Made by a program: the position numbers and the translations under genes
The notes under the pieces: model-generated
Told to the model about the DNA's origin: nothing
Databases searched by the model: none
The model's input: only the letters and a program-made list of their open reading frames with translations
Part shown: piece after piece, positions 16,932 to 25,451 of the stretch
Position numbering within the stretch: position 1 is the stretch's first letter
Layout: the number at the start of each line of letters is the position of its first letter
Assembly (NCBI GenBank): GCA_001766815.1
Contig: LYOS01000003.1
Coordinates: forward strand, 115,254 to 147,253
Origin: Candidatus Syntropharchaeum caldarium
GTDB lineage: Archaea; Halobacteriota; Syntropharchaeia; Syntropharchaeales; Syntropharchaeaceae
DNA length: 32,000 nt
Reading direction: 5' to 3'

Positions 16932-17616
16932 GCTCCCAGAACTCCTTTAGTTTCGCTTTGATTCGCTGTCCATTCCGTTCAAACATTATATTTCTGTACT
17001 CAACTACCGTTCTGTCAAAATCCATCTCAATTGGCATTGTCTCTGAAAAATATTCCATATTGGCCTCAAACTCAATTTTATTAGCTGGATCTTCTGGAAT
17101 CACTGAATTTACCTTTACAAAATCCTCCAGAATCTTTTTTTGGATGTTCATCTCCCCGATAAACTCAAAATTAGCTATGTGTTCGCTTATGCCGAGATAC
17201 GGTGTATAAATGCTTTTGTGATTGGCAAGAAGTTTTTTTGTCCGGGCGTACAACCCATCGTCTGTGTGATAAAAATATAGTCTATATTTCGGATCTTTTA
17301 TGAATTCAAATCTGATTTGAGTACGCGGCTGGTGCCCTGTTTTTCTAAAAGGGATAAAATAGCCATCTTTTGTATTGATCAAATTCTCAGATATTCTTAC
17401 CTTTTTTACGGGATTCAACAATCCAACCGTTATAAATGCTTGCTTCTTGGTGAAATGCTTGAGATATTCTTCTTTTTTGAGTCCAAGTATGGCCCCAATA
17501 AAACCAGTAACCGCGGTTCGTGGTGGTATGGAATATGAAAGTGGGGAAGTTGTTGTATAATATTTTCTGAAGTGTGCATATTCTCCCCACACATCAAAGA
17601 CCAGCACTTTATTCAT
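16900..17616 (-). CDS. cas5: Cas5 (type I-B)
   Basis: Classic Cas5 N-terminus VFDVWGEYAHFRKYYTTTSPLSYSIPPRTAVTGFIGAILG. Overlaps the cas3 start. Confidence 0.9.
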   Translation of the reverse strand: MNKVLVFDVWGEYAHFRKYYTTTSPLSYSIPPRTAVTGFIGAILGLKKEEYLKHFTKKQAFITVGLLNPVKKVRISENLINTKDGYFIPFRKTGHQPRTQIRFEFIKDPKYRLYFYHTDDGLYARTKKLLANHKSIYTPYLGISEHIANFEFIGEMNIQKKILEDFVKVNSVIPEDPANKIEFEANMEYFSETMPIEMDFDRTVVEYRNIMFERNGQRIKAKLKEFWELDNGERILFM

Positions 17617-17632
17617 TCTACCCTCTTTTCCG

Positions 17633-18562
17633 CTACAGTGCTAATTGATTGATAAACATTCCTGCATCAATAAGGCACTCAGCAAAGCTTTTTTCCACTC
17701 CATTATAGACAAAACTTAGCCTATCGTCTGCTTTATAATCTATACTCGCTATTTTCTCTTTATTTGAACTCAAAACGCTCATGAGTTCTGTTACGTCCAG
17801 CTTTACCTCTGTTATATCTCGTATCTCCTCGTCTCGAAGATTGGATTCTAAAGTGATCATACTGTCGAGATCTCCTATATGATAATTCTTCTCTTTGTAA
17901 TTGACTTTCAGGAGGAGTCTCGGCATTTGACCTGCCTTTGACCTTGAAATGAGGTTCTTTGTGCCGTTCCAGATTGCATCGAGAAGTAGTGATACATCTG
18001 CATCCGTCAGTTTCGTATCTTTCGCAGCATTTTCATTGATGATGCCATAGAAGTTGATTAGAGAATATGGCAAGATATATTCCTCGGTGAATGTTCCCTG
18101 TCCTTTCGCTTCTTTGGATGGCATGACTGTTGTGCCTTTAATGAACTTCAGAAGAACCCTGTGCATCGATTTACCAATCTTAAATTGAACAGGACCTGTA
18201 AATGTTATGGTCTTCTTTTTTATCGCTGTTGTGGCGCCAAATAACCTTATGTCGATGCAATTCAACAAAGCTTCTGGACTGTCTATTTTTAAATCACCCA
18301 GTCTATCTTCTTTCGTCTTGAGTTTTCCGTCGTCCTTCCGCACTTCGCGTATAAATACCTCCTCTCCTTTGAAATCGTGCAGATAATCCCGTATCGTTCT
18401 CTTTAGCCGTACATCGGTCACAATGTTAATCCCTGTCTCTTCGTCTATCCTCGGCTTATTCTCATCAAGTGGGTCACCATTGGGATTTGAATCCCTCACA
18501 TCATACAGAAACAAAATCTCTGCCCTATTTGAAATTATTTCACTCATTTGCATTACCTCCAC
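17633..18562 (-). CDS. cas7: Cas7 (type I-B, Csh2/Cst2-like)
   Basis: RAEILFLYDVRDSNPNGDPLDENKPRIDEETG signature. Position between cas8b and cas5. Confidence 0.9.
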   Translation of the reverse strand: MEVMQMSEIISNRAEILFLYDVRDSNPNGDPLDENKPRIDEETGINIVTDVRLKRTIRDYLHDFKGEEVFIREVRKDDGKLKTKEDRLGDLKIDSPEALLNCIDIRLFGATTAIKKKTITFTGPVQFKIGKSMHRVLLKFIKGTTVMPSKEAKGQGTFTEEYILPYSLINFYGIINENAAKDTKLTDADVSLLLDAIWNGTKNLISRSKAGQMPRLLLKVNYKEKNYHIGDLDSMITLESNLRDEEIRDITEVKLDVTELMSVLSSNKEKIASIDYKADDRLSFVYNGVEKSFAECLIDAGMFINQLAL

Positions 18563-20438
18563 CGTTGGTTTCTTCTTCTTTCTTGGATTTAAACAGATAT
18601 GAAAGGTTCATACCAAGCACGAAATAAAATCCAATCTCGTCTTTTGACATTCTCCATCCATCACCTGCCTCGATCATGTATTTTGATATTAAACCCTCTA
18701 AGTCTGTGTAATAGTTTTTACCGTACTCCTCCAATTTATTTTGTATCTGCGGTAAAAGCCCCTTGATAACCTTCTCATCCAGTTTCAAACCCTGGAGCTT
18801 CGACCTGAACGGTGTTGACCCTCTATCATGATACTGAATATTTAACAACCGCTGTGCCAATACACCCTCCATAAAGATGGCTTTTTTAGCATCGTTGTTG
18901 AAGAAATCAGAAAACTCTTCAAATAAGTGTTCAGCCTGTTTCACTCTATCTGTCGCATCGCCACTCCCAAATATATCAGATATTCTTTTCTCATTCATAT
19001 AACTACCTCTATCAAAATTTTCTAATAGATTCAACCTGCGTAAATAAAGTAAGAGTTGAAAACCCCTTAAAGAGGATTCTTCAGTCGAAAAGTTATTGAT
19101 AAATTGTCTTTTTATATTCTCCATAATGCCCCACATTAGGAACGAATAATCTATCTTCCTGTTTGTTAAAATCCTGTTTGTGATATCGAGAAAATACTTA
19201 CTCATATCTCGTTCTCGTGTACGCCCGAAGAAGTGCCATATATTGCCAAAATTAAATTCTAAATGGCTTTTAACCTGTTTCTTTCCATTTTCAAAAACAG
19301 ATACTCTACAATTCTTAAAAACCGCTATCCCATCCAGCTCTTTCTTGACATCAAAAAGTTTTCTTAAGCGCGAAGGGAGAACATCTTCAATGTACAACAA
19401 AATCTTAAATTCCCGCGGTGACTCTTCATATATCAGCAGATTGTTGTTAAAGAAATTTTTCTGTTCCGAGATCAATTCCAGTATCTCATCTTCGGTATCA
19501 TCCAGAAGGTGAATATAACCCTTTTTAAACTCTGGATTCACCCCTTTGAAATCTTCTAAAATACGATAAACTTCATCACTCTTCTCTACTATGAGCGGTT
19601 TGGGAATCAAGTAATAATCAAAACCATAAAATCTGAAACTTGAAAAATCCTCAAGATATTTTTTGCCCTCTTCAAGTGTAAGAGCACACATCTGGCAGAC
19701 CGGGTAGTTCTTCCATGCCAAACTTTGATCGAAACCTCCACTCACAGATCCGGGTTTATCCACCGTATAAAACTTATATGTGCTAACAAAACCATAAACC
19801 TCGTCCTTTTGGCGTTTACAAATAGAACAGATCTTATCTTCCGATTTCGATTCTTTGTTGTATTTTTGGTAATAGCCTGACAATGCCCTTGTTTTGAGTA
19901 TTTCTCTGAAAACAGAATAATCACCTATGTATCTCTTGCCGTTATCCTCAATTACGATAGTTATGATGCTGTTCTCATCTCGAGGGATTTCTTCACTCAA
20001 AACCTTCAATTTGGATAGAATTAGATCTTTATTTTCCGAGAGGCAATCGTTTATACCTCTTAAAAATTCGAGTTCTTCATCTTCGAGATTGAGCGTTTCA
20101 TCTCTGAGCGTTTTTTGAAACCATGGCAATATCTTATTTTTAACAAAGGTTTTCTCGATCTCTGTAACCCGTGATGTTGGCGTAATATCAGGACCGTTTC
20201 CCGATCCCCTCCTATACAGGTACTGCACTATTTTGCTTTTAGAATAATCTTCCAGATCTATATCAGCGAATTCAAAGCCATTCTCCCTTTTATTCAGTTT
20301 TATAGCAAGAATGTGCTTATAAGCCTTCGAACTTGCTGGATCCTGTATTAAAATACTTAAGAGATCTATTGAATTATCGAGGGAGATCCCCTTTTTCTCA
20401 AACGCATACTCCCCAATCCTCCTCACCGCCTCAATCAT
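18540..20438 (-). CDS. cas8b: Cas8b large subunit (TM1802-like family)
   Basis: Starts [11 protein letters not shown] at ATG 20438, preceded by GGAGGGGG. Internal Cys pairs CSICK...CQMC. First gene of the effector operon. About 630 aa, typical of Cas8b. Confidence 0.75.
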   Translation of the reverse strand: MIEAVRRIGEYAFEKKGISLDNSIDLLSILIQDPASSKAYKHILAIKLNKRENGFEFADIDLEDYSKSKIVQYLYRRGSGNGPDITPTSRVTEIEKTFVKNKILPWFQKTLRDETLNLEDEELEFLRGINDCLSENKDLILSKLKVLSEEIPRDENSIITIVIEDNGKRYIGDYSVFREILKTRALSGYYQKYNKESKSEDKICSICKRQKDEVYGFVSTYKFYTVDKPGSVSGGFDQSLAWKNYPVCQMCALTLEEGKKYLEDFSSFRFYGFDYYLIPKPLIVEKSDEVYRILEDFKGVNPEFKKGYIHLLDDTEDEILELISEQKNFFNNNLLIYEESPREFKILLYIEDVLPSRLRKLFDVKKELDGIAVFKNCRVSVFENGKKQVKSHLEFNFGNIWHFFGRTRERDMSKYFLDITNRILTNRKIDYSFLMWGIMENIKRQFINNFSTEESSLRGFQLLLYLRRLNLLENFDRGSYMNEKRISDIFGSGDATDRVKQAEHLFEEFSDFFNNDAKKAIFMEGVLAQRLLNIQYHDRGSTPFRSKLQGLKLDEKVIKGLLPQIQNKLEEYGKNYYTDLEGLISKYMIEAGDGWRMSKDEIGFYFVLGMNLSYLFKSKKEEETNGGGNANE

Positions 20439-20548
20439 CCCCCTCCCCCCGAACAAAATACACGCTCATATATACACCTTCTCTCTTCACATATAAAATA
20501 TTTTCCTTCAACAAACCATATATACCCCCTAAGACTATATGCTTAACA
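20439..20548. promoter_or_regulatory. Divergent cas8b / csa3 promoter region with three TATA-like boxes
   Basis: CATATATACACC at 20467, CATATAAAATA at 20490 and CATATATACCCC at 20517. The outer boxes are an 11/12 direct repeat 50 nt apart. Each lies about 25-35 nt from the ATG it faces. Confidence 0.4.
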
Positions 20549-21145
20549 ATGGTTGAAAAACTCACGCTCATCTCAACTATATACAGAATCGAACCTGTGA
20601 TTGTATCGGTAACACACTTCTCACCCTCAAAGGTGATCCTGATACGTGAAGAAGACGCGCCCGAAGAGATGATACGATCAGAAAATATGCTGAGAGATAC
20701 GCTCGGTGCTGTAATCGAGATTGAGACGGAGATCACAAGCCTCTATGATATTGTGAGAATTGCAGAAGATGTTGCAGCATTGATCGAGGCAGAGGTGGCA
20801 CGCGGTCAGCAGGTGGTTATCAATATAAGCGGTGGGAGGAAGCCACAGGCGTTGGGGGCGTTGTTTGGGACTTATGCACGGAAGGAGATGGTCAGAAAGG
20901 TTGTATATATCACCGAAGAGGATCAAAGAATCGTTGATCTCCCGCTTCTTGATTTTGGAATCTCTTCCACGAAACGGATGATACTCGAGGCAGTGGATGA
21001 AGGAGTGAGATCTGTTCCCGATATCGCAATTAGAATCGGTATAAGCAAGGGTATGACCTATAACCACATAAGAGAGCTCAAGGCAAAGGGCTTTGTATCA
21101 GAGGATCTACAGATTACAAACGCAGGAAGGCTTGCGATAATCTGA
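20549..21145 (+). CDS. csa3: Csa3-like CRISPR-locus transcriptional regulator (CARF-like N-domain + winged HTH)
   Basis: [16 protein letters not shown] (the GG.R motif of the cas_HTH/Csa3 family). C-terminal wHTH is [42 protein letters not shown] use ATG 20549; the track's 20333 start overlaps cas8b. Confidence 0.75.
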   Translation: MVEKLTLISTIYRIEPVIVSVTHFSPSKVILIREEDAPEEMIRSENMLRDTLGAVIEIETEITSLYDIVRIAEDVAALIEAEVARGQQVVINISGGRKPQALGALFGTYARKEMVRKVVYITEEDQRIVDLPLLDFGISSTKRMILEAVDEGVRSVPDIAIRIGISKGMTYNHIRELKAKGFVSEDLQITNAGRLAII

Positions 21146-21243
21146 GGTTCTTACCTCTTTTTATACCGTGATTGACCTTTGCACATCCCTTTGATAAAGG
21201 CATCTACATTTTTTTCAAAAAAAATTACTAAAAACGTCCTGCT

Positions 21244-21266
21244 ATGAACTTTTTACAAAAGTTCAT
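21244..21266. other. Perfect palindrome/hairpin ATGAACTTTT-tac-AAAAGTTCAT in the csa3/radical-SAM intergenic region
   Basis: 10-bp stem and 3-nt loop read directly. First of four consecutive hairpins; the others are 21285-21303, 21380-21395 and 21396-21419. Confidence 0.5.
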
Positions 21267-21395
21267 CCTCAAAAAGCCCACCTTAGGTAGGGCTTTCCTA
21301 CCTCACGGTAGAAAAAAATCCTGCCTTCGGCTGGAAAGTCCAGTTGAAGCGTAAGCGGAATGCGGGACGCAGGGGTAGAGGGGGTGCAACCCCCC

Positions 21396-21419
21396 TTATG
21401 AGGCGGATGCGCCTCATAA
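21396..21419. repeat. Hairpin element copy 2 (TTATGAGGCG-gatg-CGCCTCATAA) spanning the radical SAM stop codon
   Basis: 10-bp perfect stem with a gatg loop. The core is 19/20 identical to 14347-14366. Immediately preceded by a GGGGG-tgcaa-CCCCC hairpin. Confidence 0.6.
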
Positions 21420-22610
21420 AGGACCTATATATCCCCTCTCAGTCTGAGCAATCACGCACTTTAAGCCTGCATCCTCTAAAATCCGCTTTGCATGGAGCAT
21501 CTCATCAAAGGAGGGTCTTTTCATCTTTCTCATCCTGAACTCACCACGATAGTCAAGAAGCCCGACCTGTATATCATCCCTCATAGAAGCTATCGACTCA
21601 CCCATGCGATAAAGCTCTTCTTCTTGAATTAAACTTCGGTTATAAGGGATTCCTATGCCGATAAAGATCTTATCAAAGTAGTTATCAACGATATATCTAA
21701 CAGCCTTCCATGCGGCGTTAAGAAGCTTCTTTGCATATTCAGAATCTTCAAGACCGCTTATTCTCATAAATGTCTCAAGGCGTATCCCTTTAAGATCTAC
21801 GCCGATATCGCTCATGCCGGCACCATAAAGATCGTCGATATAGCCGGGTGTGAGAAGAACGCCGTTTGTATCGAGGTGAAACCTTGCACGCTCGTCTCTG
21901 TTTCTCATCTTCAGCTCTCTAAAGTATTTGATAAGCCATCCTGAGTTCAAAGTGGCCTCTCCACCCGATATTGCCATCCTGTCAACGCGAAACTCTTTTC
22001 TTGCGTGGGTCATGAGCTTTGAAGCATCACGAGGTGTAAGCGGGAGATCAACAGAAGAATAGGTAACCTCCCAGTTCTGACATGTCGGACACCGAAGTAT
22101 GCAACCATGTCCAAAGCATGCAACCTCGATTACGCGGTGAAGCTTCTTTAGCTGATGTGGTGTCCCGACTCCACCGACCATATGCCCCTGAAATCCCGAT
22201 ACAATCCTCAAAGGTGTAACCTGAGATGTCTCGGTATCAATCTTCATGCCATCGTAAACAGGCGTGATACAGCTCTGTTTGAGAACGCCATCGATCATAA
22301 CCGCGCACTCAAAGCATCCACCGCTTTTGCAGGGTGCATGAACTTTATAGCCCAGTGATTCAAGTGCTGCTTTCACAGTTATATGCTCAGAGATCTCAAA
22401 ACTCTCCCCATCAACGATTATCTGGATCTTTCGACGTTCATGGGGATCAGGGATGAGTACCCTCCCAAAGTATGGACAGGCATCAACACAGATACCACAT
22501 CCAGAGCAGAAACCGTATTTACTGGCTGAGCAATCGATGTAACAGGTACAGAACCCGCATTCTATACAATCCTTGGTCTTTTTTGCGATCTTGAAGGTCT
22601 TATCATCCAT
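21414..22610 (-). CDS. Radical SAM enzyme (PflA-like core) with N-terminal 2x[4Fe-4S] ferredoxin-like and [2Fe-2S]-like modules; start overlaps the cas4 stop
   Basis: CX3CX2C motif GCILRCPTCQNW. N-terminal CIECGFCTCYIDC and CSGCGICVDACP. CKSGGCFECAVMIDG..SC follows the CX4CX2C..C 2Fe-2S pattern. SAM-binding-like ISGGEATL. ATG at 22610 (MDDKTF) forms ATGGATGA with the cas4 TGA at 22603-22605. Confidence 0.8.
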   Translation of the reverse strand: MDDKTFKIAKKTKDCIECGFCTCYIDCSASKYGFCSGCGICVDACPYFGRVLIPDPHERRKIQIIVDGESFEISEHITVKAALESLGYKVHAPCKSGGCFECAVMIDGVLKQSCITPVYDGMKIDTETSQVTPLRIVSGFQGHMVGGVGTPHQLKKLHRVIEVACFGHGCILRCPTCQNWEVTYSSVDLPLTPRDASKLMTHARKEFRVDRMAISGGEATLNSGWLIKYFRELKMRNRDERARFHLDTNGVLLTPGYIDDLYGAGMSDIGVDLKGIRLETFMRISGLEDSEYAKKLLNAAWKAVRYIVDNYFDKIFIGIGIPYNRSLIQEEELYRMGESIASMRDDIQVGLLDYRGEFRMRKMKRPSFDEMLHAKRILEDAGLKCVIAQTERGYIGPL

Positions 22611-23208
22611 CGCAGATTCTCCTGTATGTGCAGTCAACACACCTCGCCTTATAACTCGTCCCTTTTGGATAAAATCCATCCTGTATTATCGAGAGAATCT
22701 CTGAGACCATCTCAGCCGCCCTCTTGAAATCCCTATCTTTGAACTCGATCTCCTTGACCCTGTAGTTGCTCCTTGCATAACAGACAAAGCCCCTCTTCAC
22801 CTCAACCCCGTAATGCTCTGCTATCATGAGTGCGTAGAGTGCAGACTGATACTTATGCGTCCTGAATAGATAATCCCTGTACTCTGCAAACTTATAGTCA
22901 AATGGGGCTGCTGTACCATCCTCAAGGAAGAGAACTTCATCAACGATTCCCCGTACATGATACCTCCTCGAGTTGAGATAAACGGCAACCTCTTTTCTCA
23001 CACAGTCAAGCTTCTTTCTGATATAATCCCTGTTGATCTTCTCCCTCATCTCATGCAGCTCTCTTCCCTTCAAAACCTTGTAATGCCGTTCCTCATGCTG
23101 CGGGATATCAAGGCAGTACATAAAGTAGATGAATCTCGGACAGAAGAGATACTCGATAACATCCGAGATCATGATACTCGATTCAGAAAAACTTAACTCC
23201 AAGCTCAT
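22603..23208 (-). CDS. cas4: Cas4 (RecB-like nuclease with Fe-S cluster)
   Basis: N-terminal Cys in YLFCPRFIYF and C-terminal CVDCTYRRIC (CX2CX5C). Central DEVLFLEDG..PFDYK matches the PD-(D/E)xK pattern. Alternative start at 23172 (MISDV). Confidence 0.9.
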   Translation of the reverse strand: MSLELSFSESSIMISDVIEYLFCPRFIYFMYCLDIPQHEERHYKVLKGRELHEMREKINRDYIRKKLDCVRKEVAVYLNSRRYHVRGIVDEVLFLEDGTAAPFDYKFAEYRDYLFRTHKYQSALYALMIAEHYGVEVKRGFVCYARSNYRVKEIEFKDRDFKRAAEMVSEILSIIQDGFYPKGTSYKARCVDCTYRRICDG

Positions 23209-23470
23209 CTCTCACAAGATCCTTATCAAATCCTTCTCCGATCAGTTTTATCTTTTTAAAGCAGTCATCACAGACCGGGAATATGTAGAGTGAGTCGCCT
23301 TCATCGATCTCGTCACCCGTCTCAAGTGCAAGCGAATCCCATTCGTTTCTGTTCAGCGTCCCGAGAAATGCACTCTTCTGCACGCGGTAGAGTCCATAGT
23401 TCTTGCAGATCTTAACGACATGGTTTCGCTTCTTATCATCCGAGATGTCATATATCACCCATACGAGCAC
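23183..23470 (-). CDS. cas2: Cas2
   Basis: MLVWVIYDISDDKKRNHVVKICKNYGLYRVQKSAF is a typical Cas2 ferredoxin-fold N-terminus. 95 aa. Confidence 0.9.
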   Translation of the reverse strand: MLVWVIYDISDDKKRNHVVKICKNYGLYRVQKSAFLGTLNRNEWDSLALETGDEIDEGDSLYIFPVCDDCFKKIKLIGEGFDKDLVRDELGVKFF

Positions 23471-23558
23471 AACTCATCCCTTCTAATTTATATCTAAGCT
23501 TGAATAGATTTATACTTATCTTAAGAACTTGTGAGAAAGAGTTGGTGGGGAAATTTCT

Positions 23559-24332
23559 ATGAAAAACCAGTACTTTGGGGATATCAGAGATTTGTTCAAG
23601 TATGACCTGATCTCGTGGATCATTCAAAGGATCGACTCGATCGATCGTTTCACATTCGTCCCGATGCTTACAGAAGATGATAATAAAAGCCATGGACACA
23701 AGAGAGACTTCAAAAGAGCGGTAAAGCAGAGAAAACCAGGAACAAAGAATGAAGAGCTGATGAAATTCCTGATAACGTATGATGATGACCAGAAGAAGCG
23801 GGATATCAGAAAAATTAAGGAATATTTTAAATCTTGTGGCATAAAAACGGTAATATACAGGGAAAGTGAACCTTTTAAGCATAAAGACCGGGTTGAATAC
23901 TTCAAAAATATAGATGGAGAGCTTTTATCAGATTCCCTCATCTTTCTCGATCCTGACATCGGTCTGGAAGTTAAAAGATCGAGGAAAGAGCATCTTTTAT
24001 ACAGCGAGGTCAAAGAACTTTACGAAAAAATGAATGAGAACGCTATATTGATGATATATCAGCATTTCCCCCGCGCTCGTGGGAGGCACGAAGAATATCT
24101 GCCGGATGGAAGATCAAAGAAACTTGGTGAAATTGCAGGAGATCTACCCTTATATATATCCGATAATGAGATATTCTTCCTCTTTCTGACAAAAAACGCC
24201 GAACTTAAGAAGAAGCTGTTCGAGATTTTGAGTGAATATAAAGACTGCTATAAATGTTTAGAGATTTCATCTGAACCTGTTATCTCTTCCCTATCAACCG
24301 ATTCGCAACCCCATGACACTCAGACTGGATAA
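23559..24332 (+). CDS. Unknown 257-aa protein on the opposite strand between cas2 and cas1; weak RlmJ-like motif pattern
   Basis: GGTGGGG sits 8 nt before the ATG. N-terminal YFGDIRDLFKYDLI, central LIFLDPDIGLE and later ILMIYQHFP. Lys/Glu-rich but globular-looking. Antisense ORFs (23448-23882 and 23624-24013) look like nonsense. The 3' end overlaps the cas1 3' end by 53 nt. Confidence 0.65.
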   Translation: MKNQYFGDIRDLFKYDLISWIIQRIDSIDRFTFVPMLTEDDNKSHGHKRDFKRAVKQRKPGTKNEELMKFLITYDDDQKKRDIRKIKEYFKSCGIKTVIYRESEPFKHKDRVEYFKNIDGELLSDSLIFLDPDIGLEVKRSRKEHLLYSEVKELYEKMNENAILMIYQHFPRARGRHEEYLPDGRSKKLGEIAGDLPLYISDNEIFFLFLTKNAELKKKLFEILSEYKDCYKCLEISSEPVISSLSTDSQPHDTQTG

Positions 24333-25254
24333 TATTTCTGACCTGCACATTCCTTCCTCTGTACTTAACAGTCTTGTCAAAAGTCTCATTCAAAGCCTGA
24401 ATCAGCACTGCTCTCCCCTCCTTGTTGAGCGATACGCCGCCCTCAATCTGGTCAAAGTATTCTTTTTTGACCTTTCGCTTCGTGAAAAGGAAAATTACAG
24501 TCTCATCGACCCACGTCCTGAAGATCTCGATCAGATCGAATACAAGGGACTTCTTGTTGTAGTTATCTGTATGAAGAAATCCAATGTACGGATCAAGCCC
24601 TGCAAGGATACACGCTCGCTCAACCATCGAGTACAGGACTCCGTATCCGTAGTTAAGCATCGCATTGAACTCATCCCTTGCAGGCTGCCGACTTCTTCCA
24701 TCAAACTTGAACTTCTGAGGCATCACAAAATTTACCGCTTCAAAGTAGATCTTTGAGGACATGCCCTCGATTCCGAGGATTGTACTTCGCCTATCATCTA
24801 TCGCACCTTTCAGTCCCTTTAATTTATCCCTCATCTCTTCGATCCGTTCTATATATGCCTTAAGCTCATTGTGCTTCTCGGGGCGAGTCTGCTTTAGTCG
24901 TTTTAAAAGCTCTATCTGATTCTCGATCTTCTTTACAGACCATGCCTTTGCAAGCTTCAATCCATCATCTTTATCATAGATCTCAAGCTGCCTTCTTCTG
25001 ATCAATGTTGTGCTTCCAAGCTTTGAGTGCCACACCCTGCCGTAAGGGTTGCCATTATGGTCTATGAAGACGATCTCGATGTTATTCTCAACTGCAAACC
25101 TGATCGCATCGGTCGAGATATACGCAGATGTCGCAATCAGTATACTATCAACCTTATTCACCGATACCTCAAAGACCTTATCCTCATTCCTGACAAGAAA
25201 GCGGTTCTCCTTCTTTCTCAGGTATGATCCACGGGTGTTGATTACGAGTTGCAT
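24280..25254 (-). CDS. cas1: Cas1 integrase
   Basis: MQLVINTRGSYLRKKENRFLV start. Catalytic-region strings GIEGMSSKIYF and GFLHTDNYNKKSLVFDLIEIFR. I use ATG 25254; the track start at 25293 is TTG. Confidence 0.9.
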   Translation of the reverse strand: MQLVINTRGSYLRKKENRFLVRNEDKVFEVSVNKVDSILIATSAYISTDAIRFAVENNIEIVFIDHNGNPYGRVWHSKLGSTTLIRRRQLEIYDKDDGLKLAKAWSVKKIENQIELLKRLKQTRPEKHNELKAYIERIEEMRDKLKGLKGAIDDRRSTILGIEGMSSKIYFEAVNFVMPQKFKFDGRSRQPARDEFNAMLNYGYGVLYSMVERACILAGLDPYIGFLHTDNYNKKSLVFDLIEIFRTWVDETVIFLFTKRKVKKEYFDQIEGGVSLNKEGRAVLIQALNETFDKTVKYRGRNVQVRNIIQSECHGVANRLIGKR

Positions 25255-25451
25255 GTGTAGGGATGTGATTAATTTGAGACAGGAGTTATTCAATCACATA
25301 TTTCAATGTTTCATCGATATTATTGAATCTCTCAATTAGTAATCTTCTCTATACTCCATATCAGCTTTTTCCTCTGCTTCTTTATCAGCGTTTATTTTTT
25401 TATCATCTATTTCCTTAATCTTTCCAGGGATCTCATTAGCTTTATCTACAA

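Noticed and set aside
20333-20548. The 72-codon N-terminal extension of the csa3 ORF in the track (Pro/Ser-rich).
   Set aside because: It overlaps the cas8b 5' end and the divergent promoter, and it is low-complexity. The homology-like sequence begins at MVEKLTLIS (ATG 20549).
21344-21538. 64-aa Arg-rich plus-strand ORF across the hairpin region.
   Set aside because: It is composed of the GC hairpins plus the antisense of the radical SAM 3' end and has no start context. It is likely spurious.
23448-24013. Minus-strand ORFs (144 aa and 129 aa) antisense to the 257-aa gene, which would keep cas1-cas2 on one coding strand.
   Set aside because: Their translations are low-complexity and Phe/Leu/Ser-rich, as expected for the antisense of a Lys/Glu-rich gene. 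They are shorter and lack a start context, so the plus-strand ORF is preferred.
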